From Candidatus Oleincola secundus (GTDB lineage: Bacteria; Atribacterota; Phoenicimicrobiia; Phoenicimicrobiales; Stramentimicrobiaceae), in NCBI GenBank assembly GCA_018400815.1, contig JAGYLS010000004.1, forward strand, positions 1-53,984: 53,984 bases of DNA, written 5' to 3'. The notes beneath the pieces are model-generated. The model was not told the origin of the DNA, made no database searches, and saw only the letters and a program-made list of their open reading frames with translations. Position 1 is the first letter of the stretch; each line of letters begins with the position of its first letter. The position numbers and the translations under genes were made by a program. Shown here in pieces: positions 1 through 9,620 of the stretch.

Positions 1-62
1 AACAATAGATGTGATACCTAAATATTTTTCCTGAGGTCCTAAATAGAGGCAATATTGTATGA

Positions 63-79
63 CACCCGCTTTGCGGGTG
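63..79. repeat. REP-like GC-rich palindrome, copy 1
   Basis: CACCCGC-ttt-GCGGGTG; near-identical copy at 10237-10253. Confidence 0.7.
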
Positions 80-145
80 CGGTAGTTACTAGTTCTGAAA
101 ATCATTAGTTGCTTTTAATTAAAAAATATAAGGAGTTTATCTGTA

Positions 146-1903
146 GTGAGATATTCCGAAGATATATTAGACGAAATTAGAAATAGGTTGGATATTGTTG
201 AGGTAATTTCAGAATACGTTCCCTTGAAACAGAGCGGGAAAGGACATAAGGGATTATGTCCTTTCCATCAAGAAAAGACGCCCTCTTTTATGGTAGACAG
301 TGAAAGACAAATATTCCATTGTTTTGGGTGTGGAGAAGGTGGAAATATTTTTAGTTTTATTATGAAGATCGAGAAAGTAAATTTTCCGGAAGCAGTTAAG
401 ATGCTTGCTGAGAAAGCTGGTGTGCAGTTGCCTACTGTGAAAAACCAGGATGATAAAGTTTACCGTGAAAGAGATTTTATACTGCGTTTAAATGAAATTG
501 CAGCAAACTATTATCAAAGAAATTTATTTCAGGAACAGGGGAAAAATGCTTTCCTATATTTAGCAAAGCGTTACTTTAAAAAAGAAACAATCCAAAAATA
601 TCATCTTGGCTATGCGTTATCCGGATACGAACATCTTATTAGCTTGTTAGCACAAAAAAAGGTTAAAATACCAGATTTAATTAAGGCAGGACTAGCGGTA
701 AAAACTAAAAAAAGTGGTAATGTAATTGATTATTTTCGAAATAGAATCATCTTTCCAATTATGAATTTACAGGGAAGGATTATTGCCTTCGGAGGCAGGG
801 TATTGGATGATAACTTACCAAAATATATTAATTCTCCCGAAACCCCTGTTTACAGCAAAGGAAAACATCTATACGGTTTGTTTCAGGCCAAAAAGAGCAT
901 TCGACAAAAAAATCAGATTATTATTATGGAAGGATATACTGACGTTTTAATGGCTCATCAATATGGATTCGAAAATGCTGTTGCATCATTGGGGACCGCT
1001 CTAACAACTCAGCAAATTGATTTAATTAAAAGATATGCCGATGAGGTTATAATCGCTTTTGACTCTGATACAGCTGGTAAAAATGCCACTTTAAGAAGCC
1101 TTAATTTAGTAAAAAAGGTAGGAGTGAAAATCAGAATTATTTCTTTGCCCGCAGAAAGCGATCCAGCTGATGTTTTATTAAAAAAGGGAGACAAATATTT
1201 TAGCACTCTAATTAAAAAAGCCTTACCTTTAATTGATTATAAGCTAGAGGTTTTAATGCAACAATTCAATCCCGAAACCAGTGAGGGAAAAGTAGCGATT
1301 GTTCGGGAACTTTTTCAGGACCTAAATGGCATTAATAGTCAGTTGGAATTAGAGGCAGAAGTAAAGAAAATTGCTGAGAAGTTAGGGTTGGAAGAAGAAA
1401 GCATGCTTAAAGATTTAAGCCGTTTCCGAAAGGGTAATCGGACATTGCCAAATATCTCGGCTAAAAATGTTGCCGAAGAAACACATGTAAATGCAGAAAA
1501 GATATTAATTGGTAACATTTTACAAAATAGAGAAAATATCAAAAAAATATTTTCCGAATTGGAAGTTGATTATTTTACAGTTAAGGAACATCGGGAGATA
1601 TTATCTGTAATTAAGGGTTTTTATGAAAAAGGAGAAAAAATAGATATTCAGAAAATAATGGATAAACTTGATAATCAAAAAGAAATAAATTTGCTCTCAC
1701 AGATAATGATGAAAGATGTAGTTTCTTCGGATGAAGAAAGTTTTAAACGTTCTATCAATGCGATTAAGAAGTATAGACTTCAGTTAGAGTTAAAAAAAGT
1801 AAGCAGTAAAATTAAAGAAGAGGAAACTATAAAAAACCAGGTTACACCAGAACTTTTACAAGATTATCAGAACATTTTGCATAAAATAAAAACAATTGTA
1901 TAA
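146..1903 (+). CDS. dnaG: DNA primase
   Basis: CHC2 zinc finger (CPFH...CFGC), KYINSPET, TOPRIM EGYTD and DSDTAG; AAGGAG RBS before GTG start. Confidence 0.98.
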   Translation: MRYSEDILDEIRNRLDIVEVISEYVPLKQSGKGHKGLCPFHQEKTPSFMVDSERQIFHCFGCGEGGNIFSFIMKIEKVNFPEAVKMLAEKAGVQLPTVKNQDDKVYRERDFILRLNEIAANYYQRNLFQEQGKNAFLYLAKRYFKKETIQKYHLGYALSGYEHLISLLAQKKVKIPDLIKAGLAVKTKKSGNVIDYFRNRIIFPIMNLQGRIIAFGGRVLDDNLPKYINSPETPVYSKGKHLYGLFQAKKSIRQKNQIIIMEGYTDVLMAHQYGFENAVASLGTALTTQQIDLIKRYADEVIIAFDSDTAGKNATLRSLNLVKKVGVKIRIISLPAESDPADVLLKKGDKYFSTLIKKALPLIDYKLEVLMQQFNPETSEGKVAIVRELFQDLNGINSQLELEAEVKKIAEKLGLEEESMLKDLSRFRKGNRTLPNISAKNVAEETHVNAEKILIGNILQNRENIKKIFSELEVDYFTVKEHREILSVIKGFYEKGEKIDIQKIMDKLDNQKEINLLSQIMMKDVVSSDEESFKRSINAIKKYRLQLELKKVSSKIKEEETIKNQVTPELLQDYQNILHKIKTIV

Positions 1904-1960
1904 TAATGTTTTGGAGATAAGCATAGTATTTAATTTGTATATGAAGAGGGGCTGTTTTGT

Positions 1961-3070
1961 ATGGCAAAGAAAAAGAAAATAGAGGGTTTAATTAAGAAAG
2001 GAAAACAAAAGAACTATCTTACATTTCAGGAAATAGAAAATTACCTGGAGGATGAAATACTTAATATCAATAAGATTGAGGACCTGTATGACGCCCTTAA
2101 CAAATCTGGAGTTGATGTAATTGATGAGGAAGAAAAGCTAGAGGAAGAGGAAGCTGAGCCGAAAGGCAAAGCAAAAAAAACAGGAATAGATGTTATTTCT
2201 AAAAAAGATTTACCAACAGAAATAATTATTGGTAAAGGCTTTGAATTAGATGATCCGGTAAAGATGTATTTGAAAGAGATTGGGCAAATAAGATTATTAA
2301 CCGCGGAGGAAGAAATAGATTTGGCCAAGCGTATGGAAGCAGGGGATTTAGAAGCTAAAAGAATTTTAGTACAATCAAATTTAAGATTGGTTGTTAGTAT
2401 TGCAAAACGGTATGTAGGAAGAGGAATGCTTTTCTTGGATTTAATCCAGGAAGGGAATATGGGCTTAATCCGTGCGGTAGAAAAGTTTGATTATCGACGG
2501 GGATATAAGTTCAGTACTTATGCTACCTGGTGGATACGACAGGCAATTACCCGTGCCATTGCCGATCAGGCCAGAACTATTCGGGTTCCTGTTCACATGG
2601 TTGAAACAATCAATAAATTAGTGCGTGTATCAAGATATCTGTTACAAGAGCTAGGCAGAGACCCAACCATTGAAGAAATTGCTGAAAGGATGGAACTTCC
2701 TGTGGAAAAGATCAAGGGAATCATTAAAACAGCACAGGAACCGGTTTCCCTGGAAAGCCCGATTGGCAAAGAAGATGATAGTCATCTGGGAGATTTTATA
2801 GAAGATGAAGATTCCCCTGCACCTCCCAAGATAGCTTCTCATACTTTATTGAAGGAGCAGCTTGATGGAGTATTAAAAACCTTAACTCAACGAGAGAAAC
2901 GGGTTCTGGAATTGAGATTTGGGATTAGTGATGGACATCCGCATACTCTCGAAGAGGTTGGCAGAGAATTTGGTGTTACCCGGGAAAGAATTAGACAGAT
3001 TGAAGCCAAGGCACTTAGAAAATTAAGACATCCAAGTCGCAGCAAAAAACTACGGGATTATCTCGATTAG
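1961..3070 (+). CDS. rpoD: Primary sigma factor SigA/RpoD (short type)
   Basis: [43 protein letters not shown]; follows dnaG. Confidence 0.98.
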   Translation: MAKKKKIEGLIKKGKQKNYLTFQEIENYLEDEILNINKIEDLYDALNKSGVDVIDEEEKLEEEEAEPKGKAKKTGIDVISKKDLPTEIIIGKGFELDDPVKMYLKEIGQIRLLTAEEEIDLAKRMEAGDLEAKRILVQSNLRLVVSIAKRYVGRGMLFLDLIQEGNMGLIRAVEKFDYRRGYKFSTYATWWIRQAITRAIADQARTIRVPVHMVETINKLVRVSRYLLQELGRDPTIEEIAERMELPVEKIKGIIKTAQEPVSLESPIGKEDDSHLGDFIEDEDSPAPPKIASHTLLKEQLDGVLKTLTQREKRVLELRFGISDGHPHTLEEVGREFGVTRERIRQIEAKALRKLRHPSRSKKLRDYLD

Positions 3071-3144
3071 ATTATTGAAATGTTTAAAAAATAAATATTT
3101 CTTTTGATAAAAACAGTTAAGTAATAAAAATTCTATGATTTTTG

Positions 3145-3173
3145 TTGACCTTTTCAGCATTTTAGATTATAAT
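3145..3173 (+). promoter_or_regulatory. Sigma-70 promoter of tRNA-Asn
   Basis: TTGACC-N17-TATAAT, 14 nt before the tRNA. Confidence 0.85.
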
Positions 3174-3187
3174 AAACTTTGCGTTAT

Positions 3188-3262
3188 TCCTCGGTAGCTC
3201 AACGGTGGAGCATCCGGCTGTTAACCGGAGGGTTGTAGGTTCGAATCCTACCCGGGGAGCCA
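3188..3262 (+). tRNA. tRNA-Asn(GTT)
   Basis: Cloverleaf TCCTCGG...CTGTTAA...GGTTCGAATCC...GGGGAGCCA with encoded CCA. Confidence 0.98.
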
Positions 3263-3272
3263 GACATTCCAG

Positions 3273-3310
3273 TAGGCAGAATTTCCTTTATGGAGGTTCT
3301 GCCTATTTTT
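3273..3310 (+). terminator. Intrinsic terminator after tRNA-Asn
   Basis: TAGGCAGAATTTCC / GGAGGTTCTGCCTA hairpin followed by a T-run. Confidence 0.8.
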
Positions 3311-3368
3311 ATGCCACAAACTTTCTAATTGAGGAGAGTATTTTGTCCATTTCCTCACCTAAACAGGA

Positions 3369-3441
3369 GTTGCGAAAATCGTTCTGTCTGGGAAGCTTAC
3401 CAATCCTGGTCCTCCAGCATCATACTGATAGGCCTTTATTT
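3369..3441 (+). repeat. att-like repeat copy 1 (with 17-bp upstream arm)
   Basis: GTTGCGAAAATCGTTCT identical to 9881-9897, then gggaagcttaccaatcctggtcctccagcatcatactgatagg aligning with copies 2-4. Confidence 0.75.
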
Positions 3442-3450
3442 GTCCCTTAT

Positions 3451-3480
3451 TTGACTTTCTACTCCAATATTATGTATAGT
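3451..3480 (+). promoter_or_regulatory. Putative promoter of the 3544 ORF
   Basis: TTGACT-N18-TATAGT. Confidence 0.5.
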
Positions 3481-3543
3481 AATAACAAGTTAAACTCAAA
3501 AATACATGAGTTTATTCAATCTTTATAGAAAGGAGAAATATAA

Positions 3544-4152
3544 ATGGCTGATAATAAAGTAATAGGAAAAACAATGTTTTATATTGTAGTAGCCGTATTA
3601 GCAGTAGCGTTAATATGGGTGTTTAGTATTGCCAATACTGCCAATAAGATGGCCACTGAGAACGCTGATGCAGTACGAGTACCGGAATACAAGGTTTATC
3701 ATGTCGCAGGAGGACCTGGACGTTTTGCCTCAGAATTTGAGGGAGCTAGCGAAGGATTAGAAAATGTAAATCAGGGAGACTATCTGTGGAGTTCGATTAT
3801 CGTACAAAATGTTGGAGAAGAGGATGATGAGGATATTGAAATAAATATTACAGCAGCAATACCCATTGAAAAAGTTTATTTTGCAACTACAGACAGATTT
3901 GTTGGTGAAGTGGTAAGTCAGGAAGAAAATGCCAATGAAGTGACAATAAATATGGATGGATTTGATATAAATGAAAACATAATGGTGTTTATACCTATGT
4001 TACCGACGGGATACGAAAAACCATTTGACAAGCTTGACAATGAGGTATGGGGCAAGGAGTATCAGTCTTACTTAGAGAAAGTAACGATAGAATCTGATAT
4101 GAATGAAGTTACCACCATATATGCACCGGGTTATGCCGCTTTGTATGAGTAA
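3544..4152 (+). CDS. Hypothetical single-pass membrane-anchored acidic protein
   Basis: AAGGAG RBS; N-terminal hydrophobic helix; acidic, beta-rich-looking remainder; family not recognised. Confidence 0.85.
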   Translation: MADNKVIGKTMFYIVVAVLAVALIWVFSIANTANKMATENADAVRVPEYKVYHVAGGPGRFASEFEGASEGLENVNQGDYLWSSIIVQNVGEEDDEDIEINITAAIPIEKVYFATTDRFVGEVVSQEENANEVTINMDGFDINENIMVFIPMLPTGYEKPFDKLDNEVWGKEYQSYLEKVTIESDMNEVTTIYAPGYAALYE

Positions 4153-4213
4153 TATCTCGGTAAGATGAACCACATATGGGTAATATTCCTGAATGTGTGA
4201 ATTCTACTAAAGT

Positions 4214-4247
4214 CTGGTCGGTGAAAGAAAAGCCTTTCATCGGCTGG
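4214..4247 (+). terminator. Hairpin after the 3544 ORF
   Basis: GGTCGGTGAAAG / CTTTCATCGGCT stem; weak T-tail. Confidence 0.45.
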
Positions 4248-4644
4248 TCTTAAGGAACATAAATTATTTTATTATAGAATCTCTTCTTACGCTTCATTAT
4301 TTCATTATGATGTATTAATTATATTATTTTTCTTGATACAGTTTTTAAATTTGAAATATTAAGATATTATTAATTCCAATTAGATAATAATCGTAGTAGT
4401 AATAAAACGAAAACTGGATATAACAATTTAGTCAATCAGGACAGTTGTCCTTAATTTTTTTAGTCCATAATATAATAAGAATAAAAAGCAAATATATAAT
4501 GAAAGTTTTAAGGCAAATTGTAATTACGGCTTAAATTGTTAATATATAACAATTTCAATAAGATATTATTATTTTTCCATGTTTTAACCTATGCATATTA
4601 ATTTTAATTTTATCCTAAATTATTAAGCTTTCAGACACCAATCC

Positions 4645-4696
4645 GGGAAGCCAGCAAATTACAGCCCTTCAGCATCTTTGCTGAGGGATGTTTTTT
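4645..4696 (+). repeat. att-like repeat copy 2 (tRNA-3'-like end plus terminator)
   Basis: gggaagccagcaaattacagcccttcagcatctttgctgagggatgtttttt. Confidence 0.8.
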
Positions 4697-4881
4697 ATTA
4701 ATTTATCAGAAATAGGCCAAATTGAAAAATTTCTGGATAAATACAAAACGGTACAGTAAAATAACATAAAAATAATATATATGAAGAACCAGTTCAACAA
4801 TAAATATTCATTAAAATATATAACAATTAATCTCAATAATAGTTAATCTACACCAATATAAGTACGTTTTCGGAGGTCAAT

Positions 4882-4977
4882 ATGGGAAGCCAACAAAGGC
4901 ATGGCAAATTATCAAAGATATTGCAAGCAGTTTTAGATGAAAAGGGAGATTTCCAAAGAATGGACTGCCTGTGGTAA
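4882..4977 (+). CDS. Putative 31-aa small protein (not in ORF track)
   Basis: GGAGG 5 nt before ATG; MGSQQRHGKLSKILQAVLDEKGDFQRMDCLW. Confidence 0.4.
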   Translation: MGSQQRHGKLSKILQAVLDEKGDFQRMDCLW

Positions 4978-5037
4978 AATTAAAGAATAAACTATTAACA
5001 AAGAATATTATCCAACTAGAAGGGAGTTTTATTTAAA

Positions 5038-5208
5038 ATGCAAAAACATCAATGCAGAAAATGTAACAAAACATGGTACGGATGGGCAAGAAACAATATC
5101 TGTCCACACTGTGGTGGTGAATTAGTTCAAATAGAAAGAAACGATCATACCAAGAATGAAGATGTGAACAAGGAAACCAGGACTGAAATATCCAAGCCTA
5201 GATTTTAA
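5038..5208 (+). CDS. 56-aa zinc-ribbon small protein (not in ORF track)
   Basis: AAGGGAG RBS; MQKHQCRKCNKTWYGWARNNICPHCGGELVQIERNDHTKNEDVNKETRTEISKPRF with CxxC...CPxCGG. Confidence 0.8.
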   Translation: MQKHQCRKCNKTWYGWARNNICPHCGGELVQIERNDHTKNEDVNKETRTEISKPRF

Positions 5209-5255
5209 TCACAACCAACCCTGTTTTCCTGAACACGAAAGAAAGGAAAAAGGTA

Positions 5256-7148
5256 ATGGAGAAAAATTGCGGTGAGATCAAATTCGTAAAAGAAATAAAA
5301 ACACGGGATTCCAAGGAATTTTTCCAGACTCTATTTGATTATGCCCCGGATCCATATTACATCACTGATCTGGAAGGTAATTTTGTTGATGGCAATAAAG
5401 CTACTGAGAGGGTTACCGGATACCAAAAAAAAGAATTAACAGGTAAAAGCTTCTTTCAGCTGCATGTTCTACCTGCCGACGAACTCCCCAAAGCCCAACA
5501 GGCACTTGCGAGAAACCAACAGGGGCTTCCTACCGGCCCGGATGAATTTATCCTGAAACGAAAAGACAATAAGAAAATAACAGTAGAGATTTTCACTTAC
5601 CCGATAAAAATAGAAGATAAACTGCATGTCCTGGCAATCGCCCGGGATATCACCCAGCGCAAACAATCCGAACAAAGAACAAACCATCTCATTCAGATCA
5701 TTCGCGCCATCCGCAATATAAATCATCTTATTATCAGGGAAAAAGACCGGGATATCCTGATCCAAAAAGTATGTAATCTTTTAGTGGAACCCAATGGTTA
5801 CCACAATGCCTGGATTGTCCTGCTGGATGAAGATAAAAAATATCTAACCTCCGCTGAAGCAGGTTATGGTCCGGCCTTTGATCCCATGAGAACACAGCTG
5901 AAAAATGGTGATTGGCCAAGATGTGTCCGGGAAGTCTTACAGCGAAAAGAAATCCTGATTACAGATAATCCCAAAAGTACCTGTTATAACTGTCCTCTTT
6001 CACATTATCTCCAAAACCGCAGTGCCTATACCATCAGCCTCAGACAGAACAATATCCTCTATGGAATATTTTCGGCCTGTATCCCGGAATCCTTTGCAGA
6101 AGACAAAGAGGAACAAGCTCTCTTTAAAGAGACAGCTGAAGATATTGCCCTTTCCCTTTACAGTGTTAAGACAGAAAAAGCCCGCAGACAGGCAGTAGAG
6201 TCATTACGAAAAAGTGATGAAAGATTCCGAGTGGCACTAAAAAATTCCCCTATCATAGTCTGGAGTCAGGATAAAGAGCTACGCTATAACTGGATATACA
6301 ATCCCAATCCCGCATTCAATCCTGAAGAAGTTCTGGGCAAGAAAGATGAGAAAATGTTTCCTGCTGATGATGCCAGGGCTTTGACGGAGATAAAACAAAA
6401 AGTATTAAAAAGCGGCAAAGGCAGCAGGGAAGAGGTCAGGATGACAGTTAAGGGAACCCCCTTTTTCTATCAGCTGGTTACCGAACCCTTAAGAGACGCA
6501 CAGGGTAATCTAACAGGTATAACCTGTGCCTCTGTTGATATTACCGAATTCAGGGGAATCCAGCAAAAACTGGAAAAATCTTTTGATACCACCATTGAAA
6601 CCATGTCCAAAATTGTTGAGACCCGGGACCCTTACACTTCCGGACATCAGTCCCGTGTTAGTCAGCTGGCTACACGAATTGCTTTAGAGTTAAACTTGTC
6701 CCGGGAAAAGATAAAAGGAATAAGGATTGCTGCTTTAATCCATGATATCGGTAAAATCGCTATTCCCTCGGAGATTTTGACTAATCCTGGCAAGCTCGCA
6801 TTGTGAGTTTAGCTATGTAAAAAGAGTCATTCCCAAAAAGGTTATGATATTGTAAAGGGTATAAATTTTCCATACCAGATTGCTCCAATAATTTTACAGC
6901 ATCATGAAAGAAACGACGGTTCTGGCTATCCTAAAGGGCTGAAGGGTGATGAAATTTTATTGGAGGCCAAAATTATTGGTGTTGCAGATGTAGTTGAGGC
7001 CATGTCCTCACATCGGCCCTACCGGGAAGCCTTGGGAATTGATGTAGCCCTGGAGGAAATTTCCAAAAATAAAGGTATTCTCTATGAACCAGAAGTGGCA
7101 GATGCTTGTATAAAATTATTTAAAGAGAAAGGATTTAAATTTGAATAA
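5256..7148 (+). pseudogene. PAS-GAF-PAS-HD-GYP cyclic-dinucleotide phosphodiesterase, interrupted near 6795-6825
   Basis: RDPYTSGH, IHDIGK, then QHHERNDGSGYP and HRPYR in the same frame after two in-frame stops caused by a compensating indel pair; may be a sequencing error. Confidence 0.85.
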
Positions 7149-7175
7149 GATAAAAGAAAAATTCAAAGGAAATAA

Positions 7176-9074
7176 ATGATGAATATTTTACCGTTTCTCC
7201 ATTTTTTTACCTTCCTGGTTTATATTTCTTTGTTGTTTTTTATTCTATGGAACGATGCAAAACCCTTGCTTAACAGAGTTTGTGCTGCCTTTCTGGGCTG
7301 CTTTGCCCTGTGGAGTTTTGCTTTGATTTTTTTATATATTCCAGATACCTTAAAAGATACGGCGATACTATTTAACAAGATTGCCTCTATAGGGTGGATC
7401 GGGTTTGCCGGTTTCTTTTTATGGTTTGCACTTATTTTCGCAGAAAAGAAAAAAATATTAAAAACAAAATTTTTCTATGCGTTCTCTTTTCTCTGCCTCT
7501 CCTGTTTATCTATACACAGTGGTCTGATTTATTAACAGCAGATTATATTCAACACCCTTGGGGATGGGGAAAACTCTGGGCAGACTCGATTTGGACCTAT
7601 CTTTTTTATTTCTATTATATTTCATTTACACTAATAGGGCTTTATCTGATTTACTTTTTTGGGAAAAAGACCAAAAAACTCATAAAGAAAAAACAGGCGA
7701 TGCTAATATTTACTGCTGCCCTGGTTTCTCTTATACTTTCTACTTTGATAGAAGTAATATTGCCACTGTTGAATATTTTCACGATACCCTCTTTGGGTAA
7801 TATAGTCACCCTTATCTGGGCAGGAGGATTGGTTTATGCCATAGTTAAGTACGAATTTATGATTATTACCCCGGCTACAGCTGCTGAAAACATCTCTCCA
7901 CCATGGCTGATTCCTTAATATTACTGGACAGGGAAGGAAATATTGACACTGTCAATGAAGCCCTGTTGAATTTATCCGGATACCGCAAGAATGAATTAAC
8001 AGGTAAATCAGTGGAGATTTTTTTCCTGGAGAAAGATTTCAAAGATACCTTATTGGAAAAAGCCGACGAAAGCAACCATCAGAAATTATGAGCTTGATTT
8101 TCAAACAAAACAAGAAGAATGTCCCGGTCCTTTTTTCCAGCTCCCCCATCATTAAGCAAGGGATTATAGCCGGTATTGTCTGTATTATCAAAGGATATCA
8201 CCGAACGTAAAAAGCAGAACAAGCTTTACAAAAAAGCCAGCAGGAATTTGCCAGCCTCTTTCAGAGCAATCCGGAGGCAACTATTTATCTGGATAAAGGG
8301 CTTCTCAGAATATTGGTACCTTTAGCGAACTTTTCAGTTATGCCCTTGGGGGATAAAGGGAAACCTAGATAGTGGTTGATCAGCCCCAGATCAAATGAAA
8401 GGTCCGAAAAGGTGGCAAAAGCTATTAAGGGAGATTATATCAGGATTGAGACTGTCAGAAAGAAGAAAGACGGCACCCTGTTTCCGGTTCTTCTTTCAGC
8501 CTCACCTTTGTATATAGAGGGTAAATATCAGGGACTTATCGGGATATACCAGGATATCAGCAAAAGAAAAGAAATGGAAGAAAAAATAGCAAAACTGGTC
8601 CGGATTGATACCTTGACTGGTTGTTACAGCCGTGGATATGGAATTGAGCTGCTAGACAGACAGATAAAATTATCCCAGCGTAACAAATCCCCTCTATTGC
8701 TGGCTTTTCTGGATATTGATTACTTTAAGACCATCAATGATACCTTTGGCCATAATGAGGGAGACCAGGTCCTGAAAGAAGTAGTCGAGTTATTTAAATC
8801 TTCCCTAAGAGAAGTTGATATTATCTGTCGAATGGGTGGAGATGAATTTCTCCTGGCCATCCCGGATAGTTCTTTACAGGAAGTACCTTTAATCAGAGAT
8901 AGGCTGCAAAAGAATTTGACTCAACTGAATAAACAGATTGACAGAGATTACACTATAAGTTTGAGTATGGGATTTTCTGAATATGTACCGGACAAACCAA
9001 AGACTATGGATGAGCTTATTGCTATTGCTGACCAGGAAATGTATAAAGAGAAGGAAAAATACAAAGAAAAATGA
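7176..9074 (+). pseudogene. Membrane (HisKA_7TM-like)-PAS-PAS-GGDEF diguanylate cyclase, multiply frameshifted
   Basis: Hydrophobic ORF pieces 7176-7918, PAS pieces 7903-8570, [19 protein letters not shown], RxxD I-site (REVD) and GGDEF. Confidence 0.85.
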
Positions 9075-9123
9075 ATATCTTTTTTAAATATTTTACACTA
9101 AAATTTCTAAACCTGTCCACAAA

Positions 9124-9173
9124 GGGAGCCAGCCAATCTAAGCCCCTCAGCATCCAGCCGAGGGACTTTTTTT
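9124..9173 (+). repeat. att-like repeat copy 3 (tRNA-3' end plus terminator)
   Basis: GGGAGCCAG identical to the tRNA-Asn 3' end plus next base, then ccaatctaagcccctcagcatccagccgagggacttttttt. Confidence 0.8.
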
Positions 9174-9258
9174 ACTACGCTCAAACTTTAATAAACCAGT
9201 ATCCAAGTAAAGAGAATCTTAATTGTTTTGAGAGTAACAAAAGCTTGACTATTCGCAT

Positions 9259-9620
9259 CTACAATTTAGAAATTGGATAGGGCATTTCAGCACCTTCCGG
9301 AATTGTATCAATATATTTCTTACGAAAACCAGGGTCCTGCATACGACAAGTCTGTTTACATGAACAATGGGTAGGATGCTATAAAATCTTCTCCCACTAA
9401 TTTTTAAGGCTTTTCTCTTGTCACATAGGTAGCGATACCAGCCAGAAGCCCGGCATCTAAGGTATTCTTTACACCTTTCTGTAAAGACTGCCAGGAACCT
9501 TTAAAAATTCTAAGACTGTCATGTTCAGATGGATGAACTGAATCTGAGCTGATATGAACACCGAAGAATCCGGACTCATTCAGGGACTGTGCTCTTTGTG
9601 CAGTCCAAGGTCCTATACTT
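9259..9620 (-). pseudogene. Radical SAM/SPASM-like gene remnant
   Basis: Hand translation: AQSLNESGFFGVHISSDSVHPSEHDSLRIFKGSWQSLQKGVKNTLDAGLLAGIATYVTRE and CKQTCRMQDPGFRKKYIDTIPEGAEMPYPISKL*; no CxxxCxxC left. Confidence 0.65.

Noticed and set aside
3205-3528. 107-aa ORF
   Set aside because: Starts inside tRNA-Asn and crosses its terminator and an att-like repeat; no RBS.
4500-4700. c-di-GMP-I riboswitch upstream of the c-di-GMP genes
   Set aside because: GGCAAA is present, but no GAAA tetraloop stem, GCAAA junction or CTAA receptor stem in order; the 4645-4696 hairpin is explained by the repeat family.
6804-6812. Stop-codon readthrough, Sec/Pyl or alternative code in HD-GYP
   Set aside because: The expected residues (EF..VK) are in a shifted frame, so compensating indels explain both stops; TGA and TAG end normal genes elsewhere in the window.
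9071-9280. 69-aa ORF after the DGC
   Set aside because: Runs through repeat copy 3 and its terminator; no recognisable features.
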